From: Octopus vulgaris | Lineage: Eukaryota | NCBI GenBank assembly: GCA_951406725.2 | Contig: OX597819.1 | Coordinates: forward strand, 53,568,001 to 53,632,000 | Length of the DNA: 64,000 nucleotides | Reading direction: 5' to 3' | In this document: one piece after another, positions 55,001 through 64,000 of the stretch | Layout of the letters: each line of letters opens with the position of its first letter | Numbering within the stretch: position 1 is the first letter of the stretch | Notes under the pieces: generated by a model | Told to the model about the DNA's origin: nothing | Seen by the model: only the letters and a program-made list of their open reading frames with translations | The model's database searches: none | Program-made: the position numbers and the translations under genes

Positions 55001-58000
55001 ATTATATTGTATCTTATATTTTTGATTATATAAGCACTGTTTTCTATTTGATATATGTTATGCATATGTAATTGTTATCGCTAGGTTTAAGTTCTTTCCC
55101 ATTCTCACTTTTTATCAGAATGGAACGAGAGAAGTCAGAGAGTCCACCTCCTACTCACTGGAAACCAGGGCAGAAACCATGGAGACCTAAATCTACGAGT
55201 ACAGAGAACTTGATGACGTGAGTACTGTGAATTACCTCGATAACTAAAATATCAGTGCAGCAACTGATTTTTAAAAGTTAGTTTCTATTTTGCTTTAATG
55301 TAAATTCAATCTGATGATATATTTTATTACCTGTACATGTTTATATGTCTTTATGTTAGAACTTCTGTACCCTCTTAGATAGTGTTTCATTTTCATCCTC
55401 TATTTTATTTTAATGATTTACATATTATTTAAGAGTTGTTGTAGCAACTTGTTTTTACCATTTTAGTCATCTGTTTGTTATTACTATTGGCCTTCCTACT
55501 GTTAACTGTAAAATATTGTGCATCCTGTTGTTTGGGTCTGACAATTTTGAGCCAACATAGTTCTTATTCTTTGCCTAAGTGCCACAACACAATAACTGTT
55601 ATAACAATTGTATGATTATGTAATCAGTCCAACATCTAAAATCTCTCCCCTTAAAAAATATGTTAGCATAGAAAAACATGTAAAAATGAACGACATATCA
55701 TCATAGCAACATCCACTTTTTCATGCTCCCTTTCTTATCACTCATTGACATCTATCATGCTTACCCTCTCACTTTCTCCCTTTCCCTTTCTCTCTCTTGT
55801 ACATTACTCCCCATCTATCATTAATTACTGATATATAATTCTCTCCTATTATTCTCATGAAATTTCATAATTTCCTCTTCCATTGCCTTCTCTCCTTCCT
55901 GTCACTCCCTCTACCCCAATCATACTGCTCACACTAGTTTATCTGTTCAATTCAGTCTCCTTGTTAATATCAACATGTAGCTATCAACATGTAGCTATCA
56001 AATGTACCTAACAAATGGGATGTTGTTGTTTACATTTGATTCCATTGTTCAAAGAAACTTCTAGCTTTTTTGAGACTTGATAAATGATAAAGTTTGGTTT
56101 TTCTTAAGTACTGTGTAATACATGAATGGACCTGTAAATGTTAAGTGTACTTTAATATTGTAAATCGTATTTTATTACTAAACATTAGAAGACCAAGCAT
56201 GATGAAATAAACAGGGATAGAAACTAGTGTGATAGAGGAAGGGCAATGGAAAAAAGATTATTTCTATCTTCTTTCTTGGTTGTTTTACCTTGAACATGCA
56301 GAGTTAGTACAAGGTAGTGAGAATGCTTCAGCATTGCTAGGACCCCTCTATAACTGGTGCCACTATAAAATGCAGCCAGTACACTGTAAAGTGGTTGGCA
56401 AATGAATGAAAACAACACAAAGTAGAAAAAACTTGTTAGTTTTGCTTGGCACCTAACAACCTCTTTAGAACTGGTACCATGATGTAATACAACCAGTAAA
56501 TTTTGTAAAGTGGTTGGCATTAGGAAGGGTATCCAGCTCTAGAAACCATGCCAAAATGGAATGTACAAGCAAAATGTGGACCCTTGTTCATCTGGAGCTC
56601 GAATAAGAACTGACTTGAATGGAAGTAACTCATTCAACCCATGCCAGAATAGAAAAGCAGATGTAAGATGATGATGATGATTTTGAAAATAGATGTGCTT
56701 TCTTTTGTATTATGGATGATTGTGTAGTGTTGGTAGGAAAGTAAGATGTTAGTGGTAGATAATAATGTGATTTTAGTATTATATTCCAACTGGTATATCA
56801 CTTCACCTGCCATCTGAACACCACATTTGGGTGAGGCTTTAGGTTTTACTGTATCATGTTAGCCCATTGCATGTAGGCACAGATTAGAAGTTGATAAATT
56901 GCCCCAATGTTTGATTGGTACTTTGATGTGTTTGTACATAAGTATACAATTATACTAATTAATTTTTTTTTTACTTGCTTTCTTTGCAGTGATAATCTTA
57001 GTCCAAATAAAACACTACCTAAAACTGATGAAGATAGCGATGCAGAGCAGAAGGATTCTGCTAGTGCAGTCACTCCAAAATCACCCAAAAATTCATTGAC
57101 TCCTGAACTGCCATCATTATCACAACTTCAGCCAGCAGCACCCATTGTAGTTGCCAATGAACCTACTAGTGGAAAGATTCAGTACAACCTGGAGGATCAG
57201 CCAGAACCATTAGTGGCCACTGTGATTAAACCTGATGACCGAAGTCAGCTTAATTCAACTGCTCTTTCTTCAAACATGAGTAATTCTTCTGGTTGCTCAG
57301 ATTCTGATATGGATTCTGATGGTGATGGCCCACAGGCTCGACATGCTACTCCTGAATCTAAATCCAGCAAGTCCAAGCATTACTCTCGTCAGTCAACATC
57401 TGGTGCTGAAAAGAAACCTAAAGAGAAACTAGAAGTAAGTATTTTGAATCTGTAATGTTAGAAAGAGTTTACAATGATAGGCATTGGAGTGGCTGTATGG
57501 TAACTAATAGGCGTAGGAGAGTGGCTGTGTGTTAACTAGCTTGCGTATCAACCACATGTTTCTGGGTTCAGTCCCACTGCATGGCACCTTAGGCAAGTGC
57601 CTTCTACTATAGCCTCAGGCCAACCAAAGCCTTGTGAGTGCATTTGGTAGAAGGAAACTGAAAGAAGCCTGTTGTATATATGTATGTATATGTATATGTG
57701 TATATCATCATCATCATCATCATCATTTAGCGTCCGTTTTCCATGCTAGCATGGGTTGGACGGTTCTGCTGGGGTCTGTGAAGCCAGAAGGCTTCATCAG
57801 GCCCAGTCAAATCTGGCAGTGTTTCTACGGCTGGATGCCCTTCCTAACGCCAACCACTCCGTGAGTGTAGTGGGTGCTTTTTACGTGCCACCCGCACTGG
57901 TGCCAGACAGAGCTGGCAAACGGCCACGAACGGATGGTGCTTTTTATGTGCCACCGGCACGAGGGCCAGGCGAGGCTGGCAACGGACACGAAACGGGGCG

Positions 58001-58704
58001 GTGCTGGCAACGGTCGCGAAACGGAAAGTTCTCTTACATGCCACCGGCACTGGTAACACATCTGCAATTTCCATTGATCGATTTCCATTGATCGATTTCG
58101 ATTCTGATCCTCACTTGCCTCAATGGGTCTTCACAAGCAGAGTTTCGACATGCCACCGGCACTGGTAGCACATCCGCAATTTCCATTGATCGATTACGAT
58201 TCTGATCCTCACTTGCCTCAACACGTCTTCACAAGTAGAGTTTTGTGTCCCAAGAAGGGAAGGTATGCATACGTAGGCTGGCTCCATCCCATGTAGAAGG
58301 CCACGGGTTGTGGACTCACTTGTCCTGCCGGGTCTTCTTGCGCACAGCACACTTCCAGAGGTCTCGGTCTCTAGTCATTTCCTCAGTGAGACCTAAAGTT
58401 CGAAGGTCGTGCTTCACCACCTCGTCCCAGGTTTTCCTGGGTCTGCCTCTTCCACAGGTTCCCTCAACCGCTAGGGCGTGGCACTTTTTCACACAACTAT
58501 CTTCATCCATTCTCGCCACATGACCATACCAGCGCAAACGTCTCTCTTGCACACCACAACTGATGCTTCTTAGGTCCAGCTTTTCTCTCAAGGTACTTAC
58601 ACTCTGCCGAGTGTGAGTACTGGCATTACACATCCATCGGAGCATACTGGCTTCATTTCTAGCGAGCTTACGCATATCCTCAGCAGTCACGGCCCATGTT
58701 TCAC

Positions 58705-58738
<34 letters not shown>

Positions 58739-61700
58739 ATGTTTGTACCCCCCCTCCAACGTCGCTTGACAACCGATGCTGGTGTGTTTACACCCCCGTA
58801 ACTTAGTGGTTCGGCAAAAGAGACCGATAGAATAAATCCTAGGCTTACAAAGAATAAGTTGTGGGATCGATTTGCGCGACTAAAGGTGGTGCTCCAGCTT
58901 GGCCGCAGTCAAATGACTGAAACAAGTAAAAGAGTAAAGAGAGCAATTGTATTTGTTGCTTATGAATTGCTATCCAGTATAATGTTAGAGCCAGCTACCC
59001 TTTGTGACCAATAAGTTTCTAGGTTGACTATAAAAGCAAGTAGATTATTGTGACTTGTATTACATTACGATATAATTCAATTTTAGACATTTAATGTTTT
59101 GGTCTTTAGCTCAGTATCTTATTTGTCTACTGTTGATCCTTTACTGTTTTACTTATAAATTGTTGTTTTTAGATTTGTGTTGTAGAACAGATTTAGACTA
59201 TGATTATTTTCTGTTCATGAATTTCTGCATCCAAACACTGAATACTGAAACTGGCCTTTAGATATACTTTTGTTAATATTAACTAGTTGTAGTTAAAGCA
59301 AAGACAATTGTGTATCTTCATAAGAATATAATGCAGTATTTTATTTTTGATGTTATTGTTAGTTTCCATATCAGCCCTGATTAAGCAGATCTATGACAGA
59401 AACATTGCAACAGTAACCATTTAGTCTCTTCCCCCCAGACATAGTGTATTTACGACTGTATTATCTAATGTCTTTCCTTCTTTTTAAGACGGGGTTCACA
59501 TTAGGAAGAGCATCCAGCTGTAGAGACCATGCTAGAACAGATGATAGAACCTGGTCTGGCCTCTGGCCTGACCAGCTCCTGTCAAACCATCCAACCCATG
59601 GCAGCATGGAAAATGGATGTTAAATGATAATGATAACAATGCAAGAAAAGTTGATTATTTTAGTGACTAATGTAGTCTATCCACTAGTTTATGTATGGTA
59701 GGATTGGACCCTGTGATTTTTTTTTGAAGTTCTTGATATTCCAGAAGTTTCTTTGTTCTCTGCTAGTTTTTTCTAATTGTACACTGTTTATTTCTACATA
59801 AATATGACATTGTATAATTTGGTAACTCGTGAATTGTCTTCTACTTTTGTATAATTTTATTCCCAACAGTTCAGGAAGCACACTTTTACAACTAAAATGG
59901 TTATGTGAATAAAGCATTGAGCTACTTGTTCATTGACTGTTAATTGTGTAACTGTGTAGATTCCTCATTGGCATTGTGTCTATTATATGCGTATGTCTAG
60001 CTAGATAGGTACAGTAAATTCTTTGTAAAACGCACAGTGAATTTGCTTATTAAAGTTGATTTGAAAGAAATTTCCTACTTTTATATTTGAAATTGTCAAC
60101 TGCCTTTTGTTAATTCTAATAACGGTTATATTTGACTGAGGTTTTAAAACTGTTGTATTTTAGAAGTTCAAATGGCAACCACCCCCTGACCCTGAAGATG
60201 TTGATCCTGAAGAAGAGATGAATTTACAAAATATTCAGGTAAAGTTATTTCAGCCACTTAATTTAAATATTTGTTCAAGTCATTTGTTATAAGTTTCACT
60301 GTGAAGTAACCCAAATAAATGCCACAGTTATATGAGTTTTTACACCTTTAGAAGCCTTAAAATAAGTCAAGCATTTCCAATGTGAGGTCTTTTGCCTAAA
60401 TTTACACTCCTACTTCTGTGTTTCTAACGTAGATTGTTGTCTTGATTATTTCAGTAGTAAGCCACATGAGACTGCTTCACAGTCTGTGATACACAATTGT
60501 CTATACTGAAATGTTAATGTTTTATGAAAAAAGTATTTATGTTCCAAACAACAGCTTAATAATGATAAAGTTAATTAGTTTTACTAAAACCTTTCAAATG
60601 TTTAATTATTCTCAAAATTATTGAAATTCAAGCATGGCTCTGTGGTTCAGAAGCTTGCTTTGTGACCATGTGGTTTCAGGTTCAATCTTAGTGTGCAGCA
60701 CCTTGAGCAACTATGTTCTACTATAAGCCCTGTGTTAAAAAATGCTTTGTGAGTGAATTTAGTTGGTGGAAACTGTGTGGAAGCCCATTGTGTACATGCA
60801 TATATATATATTTCATAAGCGTATATAAGTCTTGTGTTTGTCCTTTACCACTGCTTGACAACTGGTTTATGGCACTGTAACATTAGTGATTCAACAAAAG
60901 AAACCAGTAAAATAAGTACCAGACATAGAAAGGTGCCCCAGCATGACCACAATCCAATGATTGAAACAAGTAAAAGCATATTTCATTAGAAATATGGTCA
61001 TGAAATTGTTAATACAAGCACCTAACAAATGGATGGTGTTTTTTACAGTTGATTCCATTGTTCGAAGAAGTTTCTAGCTTTATTGAGACTTGATAAACGA
61101 CAAAGTTTTGCTCTTTCTCAAGTACTGTGTAATACATGAATGAACCTGTAAATGTTAAGTGTACTTGAATATTGTAAATCATATTTTATTACTGAACATA
61201 GAAATATAATGTTAATACACGTTTAACATCGTTTATACGTTTTATCTAATCATGGTCATCACATTTGCATTGTTTGTGTAGTACTTATGAGATGAGAACA
61301 TGTTTCATACACGTAATGGGAGTTATTCAAATGATAACTTGGTTTTTGACTGATTTATGTAGATCATTTGTTGGGTTATGGTGCTCTGTTAATTAGGCTC
61401 TTCCACATAAGTATTTTATTCATTTTAAATTGAAGTTTATGCCTGAGATATCTGGTGCTTGACAAAGAACTGAGATATCTGGCACCTTGTTGTACTCAAG
61501 AAGACCTGTCCACCATAGCAGAATTGATACCAGTGCTGGTGCTGTGTAAAAAACACCCAGTACACTCTGTAAAGTGGTTTGCATTAGGAAGAGCATCTAG
61601 CTGCAGAGACCATGCTAGAACAGATGATAGAGCCTGGTGTGGCCCCTGGCCTGACCAGCTCCTGTCAAACCATCCAACCCATGGCAGCATGGAAAATGGA

Positions 61701-64000
61701 TGTTAAATAATAATGATGATGATGCAAGAAAAGTTGATTATTTTAGTGACTAATGTAGTCTATCCACTAGTTTGTGTGTGGTAGGATTGGACCCTTTGAG
61801 TTTTTTGAAGTTCTTGATATTCCAGAAGTTCCTTTGTTCTCTGCTAGTTTTTCTAATTGTACACTGTTTATTTCTACATAAATATGACATTGTATAATTT
61901 GGTAACTTGTGAATTGTCTTCTACTTTTGTATAATTTTATTCCCAACTGTTCAGGAAGCACACTTTTACAACTAAAATGGTTATGTGAATAAAGCATTGT
62001 GCTACTTGTTCATTGACTGTTAATTCAAATTAATTACAGCTGTTTCATTGTGTTTTGGGGTATAGCTCTTTATACCCCAAGAATAGGTACCTTATCATTT
62101 GAGAATGTTACCTGCTATAGACCAGTGTCTAGTTTTGGAAAACTTTATTTATCTGACACTATGCATCAACTAACTCCTAAATGTTCTTTTAGTCTTGCTC
62201 AAATTCTGATGAAAATCCCTACTCAGTGAAAAGTAATGCTTCATAGCAATAAACAGAAACAGTTAATGCAACAATCTTGTACTGATTGAAATGAGTGGAG
62301 TGTGTTCTGAGATGTGTATTGGGAACATGAGCAAATTGTTGAACACAAATTAGTTAAGAAAATATCTAGACATTAAAAGAAGTTAATGTATATAGGTGAA
62401 GTAACTGATATAGGTATACGATGCAAATGGAAGACACATGCTAGGTTATAAAACAGGCAATGAGTTGATGTACTAAAGTTGTAGGTCAATGAAAATTTGG
62501 TTAGTTAAAGGTCGTAAAAACAAACCATAAAAAGTTTGGCTGTGCAGATGTGATGACACAAGGTTATGAAACAAGTTGATAGATGTTCCATTGCAGATCT
62601 ACTCTATTGCAACAAGAAGAAATAATGGTGAGAATAATATTTAGAATTATCTACTGAATGAAGAATGTCCTTCAGTTATTATCATCATAACATTGACCCG
62701 ACTACTGCTGCCACCAAAACCTCCTCCTCCTCCACTATCGTTGTCATCATTAATGTCTCCATAATTGCTTCCTTCTTTCATTATCATCAATCATTATTGT
62801 TAATCGCCATCATCATGAACAGTAAAGTTTTTATTTCATGTTGACATGCACCAAACAGTTCTCTCAGGTTACATGAGAAACTGTTTTAAATGTTGATATT
62901 GGTTTTACTAGGTTGGTAATATCCTAGCTCTACAACCGGGTGTGGCAAGGAATGTGTGCTTCAGGTTACCATAAAAAGGGACCTCCTACCAAGAACAAAT
63001 GGCTTTAATGTTTCCAGCTGTCATCAATTATTGAATCTCTTCATTATATGAGTATATTGGTGTGCTATTCTGTCAAAACAACCACCCTATCTCCTGTTCT
63101 CTCCCTCATGGAAGAGGACTCTTTAACCTAGTGATTTACAAGACAACCTCACTAGTGCTAGTGTCATGAAAAAAAGCAGTCTGTACACTCTTAAAGTGGC
63201 TGGCATTAGGAAGGGCATCTAGCTGTAGAAACCTTGCCAAAACACAACACTGGAGTGAGACATGGTCAGTCTTCTGACTTATTGGACTCTCACCCAGCTC
63301 ATGCCAGCATAGAAAGTGGATGTAAAAATTATATGCTGTAAAAACCTTGCCAAAACTGATATTGCTTGTGCCATGTAAAAAGCACTCAGTTCACTCTGCT
63401 GAGTGGTTGGTGTCAGGAAGGGCATCCAGCTGTAAAAGTCCTGCCAAAACAGACACAGAAGTCTGGTGCAGGCTTCTGCCTGGCCAACCATTCTACCCAT
63501 GCCAGCATGGAAGGTGGACATTAAATGATGATGGTGATATATATCTCATAATATATCTCATAATATATAAAGCAAACTATTATACAAAGGAATCTATATT
63601 CTAATTCCACTTCAAGGTTGAAAGAGAATCCTTTCAATCATACAAAAATGATAGTTTTTTATGTGATTTCACTCTGTATCTTTTATTTATTTCTCTCCTT
63701 TCCTCTTTCTCTCATTTTAATAGTAATATGGTTGGATAGTTTTACAAATTAAGTGATTTTTTATAGGACTAGATAGAACAAGTCTGTTTTATAATGAAAG
63801 CTATAAATCTATATTTGCAGTTGCCTCCTGAAGTGAACCCTCCTTTGTCTATCCGTCTTCCATCGGAAGGAAGTCGGGAAACTGTACATTTAAGCTGTAC
63901 TACTTCTGGGCTGACAACGTCAGCAACAACATCAACAACAGTGCAAACTACGACTACTACTACTACCGCTGCCGCCTCCACCACCGCCACCACCACTACT
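12689..64000 (+). CDS. PPIG/NKTR: Multi-exon PPIG/NKTR-family SR cyclophilin (peptidyl-prolyl cis-trans isomerase G / NK-tumor recognition protein-like), 3' incomplete. join(12689..12752,28223..28297,28761..28868,32043..32087,32315..32402,37640..37669,38359..38504,38756..38933,40577..40705,41418..41529,43196..43788,46709..46750,50587..51243,53788..53916,55119..55217,56990..57434,60164..60238,63821..>64000)
   Basis: Hand-spliced ORF is open for 1065 codons with GT-AG introns and matching phases. It has an N-terminal cyclophilin domain ([65 protein letters not shown]), an S/K-rich linker, the motifs [26 protein letters not shown] and RWxKGD, RS/RD-rich regions, WKPGQKPW and KWQPP. Confidence 0.93.
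13001..13221. mobile_element. Mariner-derived MITE
   Basis: TA|caaaggggtgctgaaaagttcctggctt ... aagccaggaacttttcagcaccctctcg|TA. Confidence 0.88.
14080..14690 (+). mobile_element. Degraded Ty3/gypsy pol (RT/RNase H) remnant
   Basis: Frameshifted motifs resembling VDFL, PK..E..FG..NYY..FV and LTDVSEYAI (DAS motif). Confidence 0.55.
15230..16010 (-). mobile_element. Degraded RTE LINE fragment (continues ~17170-17520)
   Basis: [11 protein letters not shown]...EGP...KDMKTG..AP in ORF 15819..16340, plus downstream RT remnants. Confidence 0.7.
16010..17168 (+). mobile_element. Mariner (DD34D, cecropia/Hsmar1-like) transposon, pseudogenised, 5' TIR missing
   Basis: [67 protein letters not shown]; right TIR ...cattcttaatgacctga|TA. 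Confidence 0.93.
17860..18315 (+). mobile_element. Degraded gypsy integrase remnant
   Basis: [16 protein letters not shown]...[10 protein letters not shown] at ~18200-18312, with upstream zinc-binding region remnants. Confidence 0.75.
20697..21979 (-). mobile_element. Full-length (~1.28 kb) Tc1-like transposon, transposase disrupted
   Basis: ~30-bp TIRs (caaggattggacaaaataatggaaacacct / aggtgtttccattactttgtccaacccctca) with TA on both sides. [54 protein letters not shown]. Confidence 0.95.
22292..22598 (+). mobile_element. CR1-clade LINE 3' end
   Basis: TRGHAYKV...[24 protein letters not shown] followed by an (att)n tail. Confidence 0.88.
23415..23840. mobile_element. hAT (Charlie-like) MITE
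   Basis: TIR cagtggttcttaac / gttgagaacctctg; 8-bp TSD gtttagag / gtttaaag. Confidence 0.8.
25000..25882 (+). mobile_element. Highly degraded RTE LINE
   Basis: Endonuclease remnants (GDFN-like, ICNT), KVWKLKDP and a (gat)n tail. Confidence 0.5.
26307..26512. mobile_element. piggyBac-like MITE (family P1)
   Basis: TTAA|ccctttt...aaaaggg|TTAA; inverted copy at 42415-42635. Confidence 0.85.
28223..28297 (+). CDS. PPIG/NKTR: Coding exon 2 ([24 protein letters not shown])
   Basis: ttttgcag| ... g|gtaatt; 75 nt; cyclophilin motif. Confidence 0.96.
28461..28698. mobile_element. Mariner-type MITE
   Basis: TA|ttgggttgccaaataaatt ... aatttatttgacaacacaa|TA. Confidence 0.75.
28761..28868 (+). CDS. 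PPIG/NKTR: Coding exon 3 ([35 protein letters not shown])
   Basis: tttcag| ... g|gtaaga; 108 nt; divergent loop and catalytic Arg. Confidence 0.97.
31078..31385. mobile_element. piggyBac-like MITE (family P2) with duplicated right end
   Basis: ccctttagcattcag ... aatgctaaaagg|TTAA at 31297, second end gctaaaggg|TTAA at 31385. Inverted copy at ~44614-44825. Confidence 0.8.
32043..32087 (+). CDS. PPIG/NKTR: Coding exon 4 ([14 protein letters not shown])
   Basis: tttag| ... g|gtacgt; 45 nt. Confidence 0.96.
32315..32402 (+). CDS. PPIG/NKTR: Coding exon 5 ([28 protein letters not shown])
   Basis: tttcag| ... at|gtaagt; 88 nt. Confidence 0.97.
32600..34150 (-). mobile_element. Degraded CR1/Jockey-like LINE RT
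   Basis: Minus-strand remnants of WK-A, NY-PI and KA-V-P-L motifs; many stops. Confidence 0.5.
34900..36600 (+). mobile_element. Degraded CR1/Jockey-like LINE
   Basis: FAAHFA, DISKAF (ttttgacataagcaaggccttc) and RST.D motifs. Confidence 0.55.
37640..37669 (+). CDS. PPIG/NKTR: Coding exon 6 ([10 protein letters not shown]), 30-nt small exon
   Basis: ttccag| ... gg|gtaagt; His occupies the CypA Trp121-equivalent position. Confidence 0.95.
38359..38504 (+). CDS. PPIG/NKTR: Coding exon 7 ([48 protein letters not shown])
   Basis: ttgcag| ... g|gtagtg; end of the cyclophilin domain. Confidence 0.95.
38756..38933 (+). CDS. PPIG/NKTR: Coding exon 8, Ser/acidic then Lys-rich linker
   Basis: gattag|ct ... 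aa|gtaagt; encodes [34 protein letters not shown]...; phase fits. Confidence 0.9.
40577..40705 (+). CDS. PPIG/NKTR: Coding exon 9 ([19 protein letters not shown], moca-type motif)
   Basis: tcctag| ... ag|gttagt; resembles the PPIG/NKTR EEIPP-RFL motif. Confidence 0.92.
41418..41529 (+). CDS. PPIG/NKTR: Coding exon 10 (..[12 protein letters not shown])
   Basis: tttcag| ... ttt|gtaagt; GRKIKGRG motif. Confidence 0.93.
42318..42850 (-). mobile_element. tRNA-derived SINE (family D) interrupted by a piggyBac MITE
   Basis: Minus-strand B-box (gggaatcgaactc on +); host sequence continues on both sides of the TTAA duplication. Confidence 0.75.
42415..42635. mobile_element. piggyBac-like MITE (family P1), nested in a SINE
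   Basis: TTAA|ccctttcgttacc ... gataacaaaaggg|TTAA; reverse complement of 26307-26512. Confidence 0.88.
43196..43788 (+). CDS. PPIG/NKTR: Coding exon 11 ([19 protein letters not shown]... two RWxKGD copies, RD/RS-rich)
   Basis: tttgtag| ... ag|gtttgt; overlaps ORF 43283..43831. Confidence 0.9.
45849..46270 (+). mobile_element. tRNA-derived SINE (family B) with internal (TA)n/(TG)n
   Basis: ggttcagtcccactg...ttgggcaagtgtcttc...actgaaagaagccc...gctccagcatggcc...tgaaac. Other copies: 9570-9780(-), 22670-22790(-), 43915-44055, 49287-49633, 50120-50272(-), 52160-52510(-), 57510-58940, 60630-60978. Confidence 0.85.
46709..46750 (+). CDS. PPIG/NKTR: Coding exon 12 ([13 protein letters not shown]), 42-nt frame-neutral exon
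   Basis: Long T tract tctttcag| ... aa|gttagt; phase 2-2; reads into the HKKHKKHK start of exon 13. Confidence 0.8.
46767..48684 (-). mobile_element. Internally deleted piggyBac transposon
   Basis: TTAA TSD on both sides; TIR ctctttagtgttcagat / gtctaaacactaaaggg; contains a transposase pseudo-ORF on the minus strand. Confidence 0.9.
47471..48423 (-). pseudogene. piggyBac transposase pseudogene, catalytic DDD core deleted
   Basis: Acidic N-terminus [67 protein letters not shown], joined directly to [12 protein letters not shown] and the C-terminal Cys-rich [21 protein letters not shown]. Confidence 0.85.
50587..51243 (+). CDS. PPIG/NKTR: Coding exon 13, RS/SR-rich domain
   Basis: ttttag| ... 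ag|gtaaaa; corresponds to ORF 50537..51247. Confidence 0.9.
53788..53916 (+). CDS. PPIG/NKTR: Coding exon 14 ([42 protein letters not shown]); alternative start 53794
   Basis: Polypyrimidine tract then aag|tcgcag|; donor ag|gtaaat; open in the required phase. Confidence 0.8.
55119..55217 (+). CDS. PPIG/NKTR: Coding exon 15 ([32 protein letters not shown])
   Basis: tatcag| ... ac|gtgagt; NKTR-like WKPGQKPW motif. Confidence 0.9.
56006..56190 (+). repeat. ~185-bp direct repeat (copy at 61020-61203; 55-bp core also at 54853-54907)
   Basis: Aligned by eye: acctaacaaatgg...aagtactgtgtaatacatgaatg.acctgtaaatgttaagtgtac...tattttattact. Confidence 0.9.
56990..57434 (+). CDS. PPIG/NKTR: Coding exon 16, Ser/Pro/acidic disordered region
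   Basis: tttgcag| ... gaa|gtaagt; corresponds to ORF 56907..57455. Confidence 0.87.
57706..58704 (-). mobile_element. Young 5'-truncated RTE LINE (ORF end + 3'UTR) inserted in a family B SINE
   Basis: ORF 58316..58759: [35 protein letters not shown]. The 3'UTR runs to a (gat)n tail. SINE halves lie at 57510-57705 and 58705-58940. Confidence 0.92.
59499..59945 (+). repeat. ~445-bp direct repeat, copy 1 (copy 2 at 61582-62025)
   Basis: Near-identical by eye; includes a family C fragment plus ~300 bp of non-TE-looking sequence. Confidence 0.95.
60164..60238 (+). CDS. PPIG/NKTR: Coding exon 17 ([25 protein letters not shown])
   Basis: ttttag|aag ... cag|gtaaag; NKTR-like KWQPP plus acidic motif. 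Confidence 0.87.
61582..62025 (+). repeat. ~445-bp direct repeat, copy 2
   Basis: Matches 59499-59945; both ORF-track peptides begin [16 protein letters not shown]. Confidence 0.95.
63821..64000 (+). CDS. PPIG/NKTR: Coding exon 18 ([26 protein letters not shown] then Thr-rich), runs off the window
   Basis: tttgcag| acceptor, phase 0, open to the end of the window. Confidence 0.75.
   Translation, partial: MPPEVNPPLSIRLPSEGSRETVHLSCTTSGLTTSATTSTTVQTTTTTTTAAASTTATTTT

Noticed and set aside
56006-56190. H/ACA snoRNA in the duplicated block
   Set aside because: A 5' hairpin and terminal ACA are present, but the candidate H box is not preserved in the 61020 copy; insufficient support.
1112-63996. 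Numerous 60-130 aa ORFs in the ORF track
   Set aside because: They map to microsatellites, SINEs or antisense of exons and have no domain signatures.

Overview
AT-rich, repeat-dense eukaryotic DNA. The SINE, RTE-LINE and MITE families look like those of coleoid cephalopods (Octopus); this is inferred from repeat recognition, not a search. One + strand multi-exon gene occupies most of the window: a nuclear SR-type cyclophilin of the PPIG/NKTR (Moca-cyp) family. I traced 18 coding exons by hand from the ATG at 12689 to the window end. All introns are GT-AG with consistent phase, giving 3195 nt / 1065 codons with no stop reached. A CpG-enriched probable promoter/5'UTR region lies at ~5.9-9.5 kb. 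Introns are filled with decayed elements: Tc1, mariner, an internally deleted piggyBac and its MITEs, a hAT MITE, gypsy pol remnants, RTE and CR1-like LINEs, and several SINE families, often nested. I see no convincing novel multi-gene system. The most notable signals are a gene combining PPIG and NKTR motifs, possible regulated splice sites, non-TE direct repeats bracketing exons 15 and 17, and a piggyBac parent with its MITEs in the same gene.
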